The notes under the pieces were generated by a model. The model was not told the origin of the DNA, did not search any database, and saw nothing but the letters and a program-made list of their open reading frames with translations. Shown piece after piece: positions 36,758 to 47,579 of a stretch of DNA of 64,000 nt. A program made the position numbers and the translations under genes. Origin of the DNA: Candidatus Aminicenantes bacterium (GTDB taxonomy: Bacteria; Acidobacteriota; Aminicenantia; Aminicenantales; JAFGBC01). The DNA lies in the NCBI GenBank assembly GCA_963702005.1, contig OY969696.1, positions 3,904,001-3,968,000 on the forward strand, in the 5' to 3' direction. Each line of letters opens with the position of its first letter. The first letter of the stretch is position 1.

Positions 36758-37270
36758 TTAAAGCTCGTCCACCGGGCTGCGAACGCCGGCCGGTCCGCGG
36801 TTGAGGACATGGGTATATATCATCGTTGTTTTGACGTCGCTATGGCCTAAGAGTTCCTGGACCGTCCGGATGTCGTAACCGCCTTCGAGCAAGTGGGTGG
36901 CGAAGGAATATCGGAAGGTGTGGCAAGTGGCCCGTTTCGTTAGACCTGCCTTCGTAACAGCATCTCTAACGGCTTTCTGAACGAGTGATTCGTCAACGTG
37001 ATGGCGACCTTGTTCCTTTGTCTCGGGATTGATCCTCCGGTTTTCCTGGGGAAAAACCCATTGCCAGCGCCATTCCGCGGGCGCGTTGGGATATTTCCGG
37101 TCCAAGGCGTTAGGCATCGCTACGCGTTCCCAACCCTCGGCCAAGTCGCGTTCATGAATGGTCTTCACACGCTTGAGGTGGTCTTGAAGCGGCGATTTGA
37201 GCGAGTCGGGAAGCATCGTGTTAACGAAGACGACTTCCTGTCTTGTCTGTAAATATCCCCCCGCCAACAT
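36758..37270 (-). pseudogene. intI: Integron integrase, N-terminally truncated
   Basis: Integron-specific insertion [19 protein letters not shown], then [34 protein letters not shown]. Homology starts only at TMLP (~37219), so box I Arg is missing. Confidence 0.9.
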
Positions 37271-37364
37271 AGATAAAGGTTATCACGCTGATTCAAAAAA
37301 TGTCAAGATTTTATAGCTTGCGAGCGGGCAAGGACGGCTAAGTACCGAGGCGACAAGAAGCTTC

Positions 37365-39797
37365 CTACGTTTCCTCGATCAGGCCGACTTCGCGCCAATG
37401 GCCCGACAGCTTCTCGACCCGGATCGTCTTGACCTCGAACGGCTTGAAGGCGAACCGCATCTCGGCTTTGGGCTCGCGGAGATCGATCTCGGCCGCCGTC
37501 TCGATCCCGCACGCTTCCTGGAGCCTGAGGATGAGGGCCTCTCCTTCCCAGGCTTTTTTGCAGGCCAGGAGGCGGATGTTCAACGGCCTGACCGATAGAA
37601 ATTCCTCAACCCCGGCCGAACCCTCGCCGAAAGGAAGATGAGCATAGGCCACCGGAGGAGCGGCCAAATGATCGGCCAACCCGGGCATCATCCGCCGGAG
37701 GTCCTCGGGATCTCCCGCCGTGACGAGGAGTCGGACGTCGTGGGCGCCGAGGTCGGCGTACTTGGGAGACGGAGAATCGCCGAGCTTGAACCCGCGCTCA
37801 TGGCAGTAGGCCGCGCTCCGCAGGACCGAAAGGCGAAGCTCACCCCCCGCGAAGTCGAGCCCGTGCTGGCCGCTCGAGGCGACGCCGAGCCCGGCGCGCC
37901 GTCCTCCGACGGTTCCTTGCAGCAGGCACCAGCGGCCGTGGACATGCTCCTCGCCGTCGGCCGGCCGGAGGATGGCGCCGGCCGGAACCTCGCAGAAGAG
38001 ATCCCCGGCCTTGAAGACCGTCGGGACGCGCAATTTGAGGCGCTTCTGCTCCTCGTTCCAAAGAATCCGGAGTCGGACCTCGAGGACGGGCCAGCCTTGC
38101 CAAGAGCAGATGTCCACGGTCAGCCGGCTCCGTTTGTGGACGAGGACGGATTGGACGATCGTCCGGACGGGGCCTTTGGCCGACGTCTTAGGAAGGCCCT
38201 TGAGCTTGAACCGGCCGGCGACTTCCCGGTAGCTGGTGCGCCCCGTCCCCCAGGAATCGGCCGGGTCGTTGATAACGAGGGGCTCGAAAAGAGGGCCGGC
38301 CAGACATTCATCGCCCGCCGCGGTCTTGAGCGATCCGACCAGCCCGCGCCGCCGGTCATACTTGAACTTGAGGCCGGGCTTGGCGCTCCGCTCCTGCCTG
38401 GGGCCCGAAACGGCCAGAAGGTGGTAGCGCGAAACGCCCGCCCCGGGAAGCTCGTCGAGGAAACTGACCTTGCGGCGCCAGCCGTTGAAGGGAAGGAGCG
38501 ATTCCGGCTGCTCTTCCTGACAGGGGACTTCGCCGCCGTCCATCCGCATAAGCTTGAGGTGCCATTCGCCCGACCAGAACGGGCGGTAGTCGACCATGCT
38601 CTCGACCTCGACCGGGACTCGGGTCAAAGCCGCGTTCGTGTTCAAGAGCGTGACCGGGAGGCTGGGGCTCTCCTTGTCGCCGCGGTTGAGGGCGGCCGCC
38701 GCGGCCAGCCGGACGCGGCGGGCGGCCTCGGCGGCCCGGCCGTAGATGTCCAGGGCGTCCTGTTCGGCCGGCTCCGTGCAGCTCCCGGTGATGACGTCGT
38801 GGAAGTCATTGAAGAGATGGTCGCGCCAGGCGGCCCTGAGTTCGGCTTCGGGGAAACTCTCGTTCTTGCGCAACCAGGCCCAGGCAGCGAGCGCCTCGGC
38901 TTGGACGAGCCGGCCCAGGCTTTTGACGGCTCGCCGTTTGACCCGGCTCAACAACGTATAGCATCCCGTGAACACCCGCTGGAGATCGCCGACGACCACG
39001 GGTGCCGCGGCCGCGAAGTCCTTGAGGGCCGCGTAGAGCTTGTCGGGCGTGCTGTGGATGACGCGGACTCTCTGCTCCCTGGCGATGAAATCGTCGATGA
39101 TCTTGAGGTCCTCGCGGGTCGCCCCGCCGCCGTGGTTCCCCAAGCCCCAAAAAATGGGTACGTCGCGGCCGAGCTTGAGCGCCAGCCCGGTCCCCTCCTC
39201 GAGCCGCCGGCGGATGTTGTCGCGCTCGGTATGGTAGAGGCCGACGCTGATCCGGTAGGTCAGGATCTCGCTCCCGTCCACCCCCTGCCAGCGGTAGAGA
39301 TCGGCGGGAAGCGCGAGCTCGTCCGGCTGGGGCCGCATGTGGATGTACATCTCGTAGCCGGCCTCGCGGAGGAGCTGGGGCAGGCCGCCGCTATGGCCGA
39401 AGGAGTCGAAGTTGTAAGCGACGCGAGGGTGGGCCCGGAACCGCTCCCGGAAATAGCGGCGGCCCTCGGCGATCTGGCGGACGAGGGATTCCGTGCCCGG
39501 GAGGTTGAGGTCGGGCTGCAAGAACCAGCCGCCGCTTACGACCCAGCGTCCCCTGGCCGTCAGGTCCTGGATTTTCCGGAAAAGAGACGGATCGAGCTTC
39601 TCGACCCATTGGTAGAGGACGGCTTCGTTGTGATTGAAGATGAGCCCCGGGTGCTCGCGGAGAAGCCGGACCGCGGTCCGGAAGGTGGCCAGGGCCTCGG
39701 ACGCCCCTTCCTCCCAGCGCCACTGCCAGACGGGGTCGAGGTGAGCGCTGCAGATGAGGTGGACCGTGGGCTTGTTCATTTGATCGGGCTCACCCAT
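37365..39797 (-). CDS. Glycoside hydrolase family 38 (alpha-mannosidase-like)
   Basis: AHLDPVWQW, DSFGH, GNHGGG, FHDVITG, LSVLRS. Confidence 0.9.
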   Translation of the reverse strand: MGEPDQMNKPTVHLICSAHLDPVWQWRWEEGASEALATFRTAVRLLREHPGLIFNHNEAVLYQWVEKLDPSLFRKIQDLTARGRWVVSGGWFLQPDLNLPGTESLVRQIAEGRRYFRERFRAHPRVAYNFDSFGHSGGLPQLLREAGYEMYIHMRPQPDELALPADLYRWQGVDGSEILTYRISVGLYHTERDNIRRRLEEGTGLALKLGRDVPIFWGLGNHGGGATREDLKIIDDFIAREQRVRVIHSTPDKLYAALKDFAAAAPVVVGDLQRVFTGCYTLLSRVKRRAVKSLGRLVQAEALAAWAWLRKNESFPEAELRAAWRDHLFNDFHDVITGSCTEPAEQDALDIYGRAAEAARRVRLAAAAALNRGDKESPSLPVTLLNTNAALTRVPVEVESMVDYRPFWSGEWHLKLMRMDGGEVPCQEEQPESLLPFNGWRRKVSFLDELPGAGVSRYHLLAVSGPRQERSAKPGLKFKYDRRRGLVGSLKTAAGDECLAGPLFEPLVINDPADSWGTGRTSYREVAGRFKLKGLPKTSAKGPVRTIVQSVLVHKRSRLTVDICSWQGWPVLEVRLRILWNEEQKRLKLRVPTVFKAGDLFCEVPAGAILRPADGEEHVHGRWCLLQGTVGGRRAGLGVASSGQHGLDFAGGELRLSVLRSAAYCHERGFKLGDSPSPKYADLGAHDVRLLVTAGDPEDLRRMMPGLADHLAAPPVAYAHLPFGEGSAGVEEFLSVRPLNIRLLACKKAWEGEALILRLQEACGIETAAEIDLREPKAEMRFAFKPFEVKTIRVEKLSGHWREVGLIEET

Positions 39798-40051
39798 TTT
39801 ACATGATTATTCGATCCGGAGCATAGAGCCTTTAGATCTTCCAGAATAAGAATTCCCCCCTTGGTCTCGGCACGGCTGATTTCGCGGCCGTCTTGTCAAC
39901 AAACCTAGCCTATTCTCCGTTTCTTACTACGGGGAGCAGAATATAGATTGCATAATCCTTGCTGCTCCCCGAGTACTAGCCGGGCGACAAAGAAATAGGG
40001 AGTCATCTATATTCCGCCCGGCTTAGTAAGAAAAGGCTCTATGAGGAGATC

Positions 40052-41290
40052 ATGATGAAGGCTCTGTCGATACGATTTCTTCAGCCGCCGCGGCTCTTTG
40101 CCGGCGCCATTCTCATCGCCGTCGTATCCGTTCCCATGGCGGCGCAGGACGCGAAGGTGGATATTTCCGCTTGCCGCGGCATGTACAACGTGCTGAAAGC
40201 CATGCGAGACGGTGAGCCGCGCGACAAGGTCTCTAGCATGCTGGACGCCTTGCTCGAAAAGCCGCCATATCGGATCATGTTCAAGCACTACAACCGCTCG
40301 TGGCGGCCCAACCATCTGCCCAAGGCCGTATTCAAGAGAATGATCCTCAGCCTCCAGTTTGAGGGCGAGTACTCTCCCGGCGAGAACGAACGCGCCGACG
40401 CGATGCGGGCGCGATGGACGAAGTATTACCCGGATCTCTCGCCCTACGACAGCCAGCTTGGCCAGCTCGAGTCCGCGAACCTGCCCAAGCTCATCAAGGA
40501 CGGAGTGAGATATGCGCAAGGCTGGCTCCCTCCGGGATGGAAGATTCCGGATTTTTGCTTTCCCGTCATCCCCAACGGAGGAAGCCCGGCCTTTACCATC
40601 GAAAATGCCCAAGGATATGATTTCCTCCAACTCTCGCAGGGGCGGCCGGGCGAACTGGACCTGAACTGGCTTGTGGGGACGGTCGCCCACGAATCCCATC
40701 ACATGGGCATGCGGTCCGTCGCGCCGGGCTCGCTGTCCCCCGCCGATGCCATGGCCTACCGTGTCGTCAGCCTCTGCGTCGCCGAGGGCGTGGCGACGGA
40801 GTTCATAAGCGGCCCGCCTGAGGGACGAGCGCCCGCCATCCCGGACGTACCGTTTCACGTTTTCACCGATGACCTCGCTAAAGCCTGGAAGGAGCATGTG
40901 GACGAGGAAGAGGACATCCTGAAGCACCAGATCGCCTTGCTCGACCAAGCCGCCGCCGGAGAGTTGACGGAGGAAGCACTCAACGCCGAGCTGCGCGATT
41001 ATTGGCTGAATGGCGTGGTCGGCCGCGCCTACGTTTTAGGAGCGGACATGTTCGGGGCTATCTACCTGGCGTTCGGAAAACAGGGCGTTTTCTTGGCCAT
41101 GAAAGACCCGCGGAGATTGTTCGAGATGTACAACGCCGCGCTCGACGCCAAACCCGAAGCCCTCAAGCGCTGTGTCCGCGTACCCGATGCCTCCGTCAAA
41201 CGGGCCCTCGCTATCGGAACGGCCAACATCCTTCCCGGCAAGCAGCCTGTCCCGTCCGTTGAGGCCGCCGATGCTCTCCGGCAAACCTGA
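40052..41290 (+). CDS. Secreted putative Zn-dependent protease (DUF5700-like)
   Basis: Signal peptide; VAHESHH..AEGVAT (HExxH...E). Confidence 0.7.
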   Translation: MMKALSIRFLQPPRLFAGAILIAVVSVPMAAQDAKVDISACRGMYNVLKAMRDGEPRDKVSSMLDALLEKPPYRIMFKHYNRSWRPNHLPKAVFKRMILSLQFEGEYSPGENERADAMRARWTKYYPDLSPYDSQLGQLESANLPKLIKDGVRYAQGWLPPGWKIPDFCFPVIPNGGSPAFTIENAQGYDFLQLSQGRPGELDLNWLVGTVAHESHHMGMRSVAPGSLSPADAMAYRVVSLCVAEGVATEFISGPPEGRAPAIPDVPFHVFTDDLAKAWKEHVDEEEDILKHQIALLDQAAAGELTEEALNAELRDYWLNGVVGRAYVLGADMFGAIYLAFGKQGVFLAMKDPRRLFEMYNAALDAKPEALKRCVRVPDASVKRALAIGTANILPGKQPVPSVEAADALRQT

Positions 41291-41310
41291 AATGGGTTGA
41301 TCGAACCTCT

Positions 41311-43071
41311 CTATCGTTCGTCTCGGGATGGCAGATTCTTATACCACGTGAAGAAAAGGACGGCCGCCAGCGAGAGGGCGACGGCGAGCCAGATCCCGAA
41401 TTGTCCCCAGCGCCTGAGGAAGGCGTAAAACGTGAGCAAAGCCAGCGAGAACTGAAACACCGCCGTTAATATTCCGTTCAGGGCGTCCATGGCCGGCATC
41501 TTGTCTCGGGCGGGGACGAGCCCGCGCCGGACGGCCTCGCGCCGGACCGGCCCCCAGAATCCAAAGGGCCGGATCCTGGCGTAGAACTTAACGAGGACGT
41601 CCATGTCGGTCGGCTTGTTGAGGAAGGTCATGATGATCGTAACGACGAGGCAGAGGCCGGTGTCGACGGCCAGAGAGCCCGCCGCGCCCAACGACCTGAA
41701 CAGCATGACGCGGCCCAGGACAAGGACGACCGAGATCCCCATGCTTCCGACAAAAGCCCGGGCGCTCATCCGCCAGTAGTGCCAACGCAGGGTGGCCGGG
41801 ACGAGGATGACCGTGACCCAGATGAAGATCATAGTCTCCCAGGCCGTCACGATGTGGGTGAAGGAAAGGCTGAAAACGAATCCGATAAATAGAGCGACGA
41901 CCGAGGCGACCTGGCCGATCCGGACGAGCTGCTTCTGGCTGAAGTCGCGCCGGACGTAGCGCTTGATGAAGTCGTTGGTCACGACCGAGCTGGTGACGTT
42001 GATCATGGCCGAGATGGTCGACATCAGGGCCGCCAGCAGGACGGCCATGAACAGACCCCGCACCCCGAGCGGAAGCTTGAGGAGGACGAGCGGCATGATC
42101 TTCTCGGCATCGAAGCCGGCCGCCGACCCCAAATAGACCATTCCAAGGCAGAGGAAGGCGCAGCCGATGATCCAGCGCAGCGTATAGCCGACCGTCCACA
42201 TGCCGCCGGCCAGGGAGGCGTCGCGCGGGGAGCGCGTCGTCAGGAAAAACTGGAAGTCCCAGACGTTGGGGCCGGCCAGGACGCGGAAGATGAGCCAGAG
42301 GAAGCCCGCCAACAGGATAGGCCCAAAGGCCTCGAAGTGCCCGTAAGCGGGCGGCGTCGTCGCCGCGTAGGACGGCCACAATCGCCAGGTGGGAGCGAGC
42401 GAGAACCAGGCCGGGTCCTTTCCGGCGAGGGCGGCCGGGACCGCGCTGTTTCCGAAGACCATGAAGGACAGGATGACCGCGCCGACGGCGATCAGGAACG
42501 TCTGGAAGACGTCGGTCAGGATGACCCCGAAAAAGCCGCCCAGCGTCACATAGATCCCGACCACGATCAGGACGATGAGCGAGGATTGCCAGCGAGGGAA
42601 GGGCAGGAACTCTTCGGCGAACTTCCCGGTCCCGACCGAGATGAACATGAGGTTGAAGATCATCAGGACGAGCAGGAAGACGGCCGCGCTGAACCGGGCG
42701 TATTCGGCATCCCGGGTCGCCCCGAACCGGGTCTCGTTCCACTCGGCGAAGGTCATGACGCCGGAGCGGCGGATCCACTTGGCCTGGAAGGCCATGTAGA
42801 AGCAGATGATGAACCAACCCCAGAAGATATGGGTCGCCCACATCGACTTGAGGCCGAGGTAGAACAGAACCCCGATCATGGACATCGTGCCGCCGATGTC
42901 GATGTAGCTCGAGCAGCCCGAGAGCCCCAGCATCCACCAGGGGACGTTCCGGTCGCCCAGGTAGTAGGAGTCGATTTTCTTGGTCGCCCGCTTGCGGACC
43001 GCGAGCCCGATCAGGGCGACCAAAAGAAGGTAGACGCCGATGATGGCCAGGTCGAGGGGTGGCAGTTTCAT
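41311..43071 (-). CDS. Sodium:solute symporter family protein
   Basis: Multiple TM helices; YYLGDR..PWW, GGFFGVILTD, LAALMST. Confidence 0.9.
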   Translation of the reverse strand: MKLPPLDLAIIGVYLLLVALIGLAVRKRATKKIDSYYLGDRNVPWWMLGLSGCSSYIDIGGTMSMIGVLFYLGLKSMWATHIFWGWFIICFYMAFQAKWIRRSGVMTFAEWNETRFGATRDAEYARFSAAVFLLVLMIFNLMFISVGTGKFAEEFLPFPRWQSSLIVLIVVGIYVTLGGFFGVILTDVFQTFLIAVGAVILSFMVFGNSAVPAALAGKDPAWFSLAPTWRLWPSYAATTPPAYGHFEAFGPILLAGFLWLIFRVLAGPNVWDFQFFLTTRSPRDASLAGGMWTVGYTLRWIIGCAFLCLGMVYLGSAAGFDAEKIMPLVLLKLPLGVRGLFMAVLLAALMSTISAMINVTSSVVTNDFIKRYVRRDFSQKQLVRIGQVASVVALFIGFVFSLSFTHIVTAWETMIFIWVTVILVPATLRWHYWRMSARAFVGSMGISVVLVLGRVMLFRSLGAAGSLAVDTGLCLVVTIIMTFLNKPTDMDVLVKFYARIRPFGFWGPVRREAVRRGLVPARDKMPAMDALNGILTAVFQFSLALLTFYAFLRRWGQFGIWLAVALSLAAVLFFTWYKNLPSRDER

Positions 43072-43136
43072 AAGGAAAGATTTATCTCAACAGCCGGCCT
43101 CTGTCAATCGTCGCCGGCGCGGCCCCGGATCGTCCG

Positions 43137-45329
43137 TCAATGGAGGAATTTGGCGAGGACGATATCGGTTTTGCCGTTGGCGGTCGTATCATAGGCCCGC
43201 GCCGTCACCGGGAAGTTCTGGGAGTCGGTGTCGCCGGCGACATAGATATCGCCGACGCCGTCGACAACGACGGCCCGCCCGTAGTCGTACCCGGACCCGC
43301 CGAGGAACGTGGAGACGAGCAGCCGGGTCAGGGAATTGCTGAACTTGGAAACGAACATATCCTCGATTCCCGCCTCGTTGAGCGTCGTGTCGTAGGCTCC
43401 GGGCGTGGCCGGGAAGCCGGTCGAGCGGGTCCAGCCCGCGACATAGACGTTCCCGGCTTTGTTGAGGGCGATCGCATGCGCCTCGTCCTCGATTTCGCCC
43501 CCGAGGAACGTGGAGGCGAGGAGCGTCTTTAAAGCGCCGCCGAGCTTGGCGACGAACGCGTCATGGGCGTTAGGGTCGGTATCGTTGAACGTCGTGTCGT
43601 AAGCGCCCGCCGTCACGGGAAAATCCCGGGACTCGGTCCATCCGGCAAGGTAGACATTCCCCTGGCCGTCCAGGACCATGGACTGGGCGCACTCGTTCTC
43701 CTCCCCTCCCAGAAACGTGGATGCGACCAAGGTCGAGAGCGCCGCGTCGAACTTCGCAACAAAGACGTCGCCGAAATCATCAAGAGTCCGGGCATAGGCG
43801 CCCGGCGTCGTCGGGAAGTCTCTCGAAAACGTCCAGCCGCTCACATAGACGTAGCCGGAGGAGGTGACGGCGCAGGACAGTCCTTCTTCGGGGTTTTTGC
43901 TCGTTCCGCCCAGGAAGGTCGAAGCCCGAAGTCTGGATAGGGCGCGGTCGAACGAGGAGATAAAAACATCGGGATAACCGTTGTAGGTTGTGTCATAGGC
44001 TCCCGTGGTGACCGGATATCGTTTGGACGCGGTCGTCCCGGTCAGATAGACGTTCTCCGCGGCGTCGAGGGCCAGGGCGTAAGCGCTCTCCCAATAATCC
44101 GCGCCGATCAAGGTTGAGGCTAGGATTCGATTGAGGCCGGCGTTGAGCCGGAGGACGAAGACATCCTGGTTTCCGTTCGGGGTTGTGTCATAGGCGCCGA
44201 CGGTCGTCGGAAAGTTGGGGCAGTTTGAAGCGCCCGCCACGAAAACGGCTCCGCTGGCTCCCACGGCCATGGCGTTCACAACGTTGACGGCGAATCCGGT
44301 CCCGGCTTTATCCCCGCCGATATAAGTCGAAGCCAGCAGGACGCTCAGGTCGCTCTTGAGCTTGAAAACGAAGGCAAGGTATTTTCGTTTTTTCGAGTCG
44401 AGCGTATAGCCCGCCCCTAGGATATTTCCTTTGCCGTCGACGGCCAAGGCCCTGACATGATCCTCGATAGACGTCCCCAGGTAGGTCGAAGCGAGCAAGG
44501 TCTCGAGGGTGGGGTCGATGATCAAGGGACGGGCGGCATCATAAGGTTCCAGGACCCGGAACCCGTAGACGTTTTCGCCTTTCTTATCGTAGGCGACCAA
44601 CACGGGCCGACGCGCTCCGTCTCTCTCCTGATAGGCGAGCGGAGCCGTCTGGGCGACCCGCCCCAGCTCCGTGGCGATGACGAGCCTTCCCTCGGGAGAA
44701 ATCTCCAAACCCAGCGCTCCCTCAATCCCGATCCTGATCCGTCCCGGGTCCGCTCCCGGCTCGCAGGTAAAAACCTTCTCAGCGTTCCCTCCCGACGCCT
44801 TGATCTCGATCCCGATACCGGGCCAAACCTCTCCCAACGAGACGCTCTGATAGGATGGGACATCCGCCCGCCAGGCGGCCGGATCATTCCCCACGAAAAA
44901 GGAGACCTTGGTCGGAGATTTCAATCCTCCTCTCGGCTCGAAAGAAAGAGACCGGCCTGCGGCATCTAGAAACATTTCCTTGAGGACGGCCGTTCGGATG
45001 CGCGGATCGATCTCGAGGCTTTCACCGCCCCGCATTGAACGCAAAGATACCGGCTCGGCGCCCCTCTCGACTTTGCCCAGGGAGAACACCAAGGCTTCGC
45101 TCGTGACATCGAGCCTCCCGCAGAAGAGATCGGCCGAGAACCGAACGGCCCGATCGGACTGTCCCTGATTGACGACAAACGGCACCGAAAGGCCGGCCAG
45201 CTCCGCCCGGGTCAAGCCCGTCGAAAGCGCCCGGGAAGAGGCCGCCCCCGAAGTAGATGGCCCCAGAGATATCGCCAGCAAAGCCAGGATCCCCCCCGCC
45301 AGGAAAAGCCGTCCGTAGGATCTAGGCAT
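43137..45329 (-). CDS. Secreted SBBP (beta-propeller) repeat protein
   Basis: FVVNQGQ, WRADVP, LIIDP, repeated STFLGG / YVAGWT.S.DFP.T.GAYDTT. Confidence 0.85.
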   Translation of the reverse strand: MPRSYGRLFLAGGILALLAISLGPSTSGAASSRALSTGLTRAELAGLSVPFVVNQGQSDRAVRFSADLFCGRLDVTSEALVFSLGKVERGAEPVSLRSMRGGESLEIDPRIRTAVLKEMFLDAAGRSLSFEPRGGLKSPTKVSFFVGNDPAAWRADVPSYQSVSLGEVWPGIGIEIKASGGNAEKVFTCEPGADPGRIRIGIEGALGLEISPEGRLVIATELGRVAQTAPLAYQERDGARRPVLVAYDKKGENVYGFRVLEPYDAARPLIIDPTLETLLASTYLGTSIEDHVRALAVDGKGNILGAGYTLDSKKRKYLAFVFKLKSDLSVLLASTYIGGDKAGTGFAVNVVNAMAVGASGAVFVAGASNCPNFPTTVGAYDTTPNGNQDVFVLRLNAGLNRILASTLIGADYWESAYALALDAAENVYLTGTTASKRYPVTTGAYDTTYNGYPDVFISSFDRALSRLRASTFLGGTSKNPEEGLSCAVTSSGYVYVSGWTFSRDFPTTPGAYARTLDDFGDVFVAKFDAALSTLVASTFLGGEENECAQSMVLDGQGNVYLAGWTESRDFPVTAGAYDTTFNDTDPNAHDAFVAKLGGALKTLLASTFLGGEIEDEAHAIALNKAGNVYVAGWTRSTGFPATPGAYDTTLNEAGIEDMFVSKFSNSLTRLLVSTFLGGSGYDYGRAVVVDGVGDIYVAGDTDSQNFPVTARAYDTTANGKTDIVLAKFLH

Positions 45330-45361
45330 TGACCCCTCCGCTCGCTTACCAGGATGCTTCC

Positions 45362-45390
45362 ATTATGCTTTCCGCCTCGGGGAGAGTCAA
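45362..45390 (-). promoter_or_regulatory. sigma70 promoter of the SBBP gene; its -35 box coincides with the MITE target site
   Basis: TTGACT-17 bp-CATAAT. Confidence 0.55.
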
Positions 45391-45645
45391 CCCCGCGACT
45401 CCCCGGCATGAATGCCGGCACCCATGAACCGTATCCGGTTCATGAGTACTGCAAGGCTGGGCTTGTTCGGGGTTAACCCTGAGCCTACTCAGCCCCATTC
45501 CTTCTAAAAGGGCTGAGTACAAAAGTGTCGCTTCTCGTCCCCGCCCCGAAGCTCCACGGACTCACGTCCGTTGGAGCGCCTGTACTCATGAACCGTTTCC
45601 GGTTCATGAGTGTTGAAAGGCGGGGTGGCGTTGGCGAACGGGTCA
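45386..45645. mobile_element. Palindromic MITE/PATE-like element, copy 4, with nested modules
   Basis: GTCAAC at both ends; backbone as in copy 2 plus three ACTCA..TGAGT hairpin inserts, one of them itself interrupted. Confidence 0.8.
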
Positions 45646-45709
45646 ACGGCCCGCCTTAACAACCCGTCGAAAACATGCTACAATAGCGTTCCCAAAGGAA
45701 CGTAAGATT

Positions 45710-47545
<1,836 letters not shown>

Positions 47546-47579
47546 AGGATGAAACACTAAGGATCGAGACGCAGGAACC

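Noticed and set aside
37638-39806. 722-aa plus-strand ORF
   Set aside because: Antisense shadow of the GH38 gene in high-GC DNA; no recognisable motifs
43200-44220. Recurring DNA repeats (GTGTCGTAGGC/GTGTCATAGGC)
   Set aside because: Explained by the SBBP protein repeats (GAYDTT)
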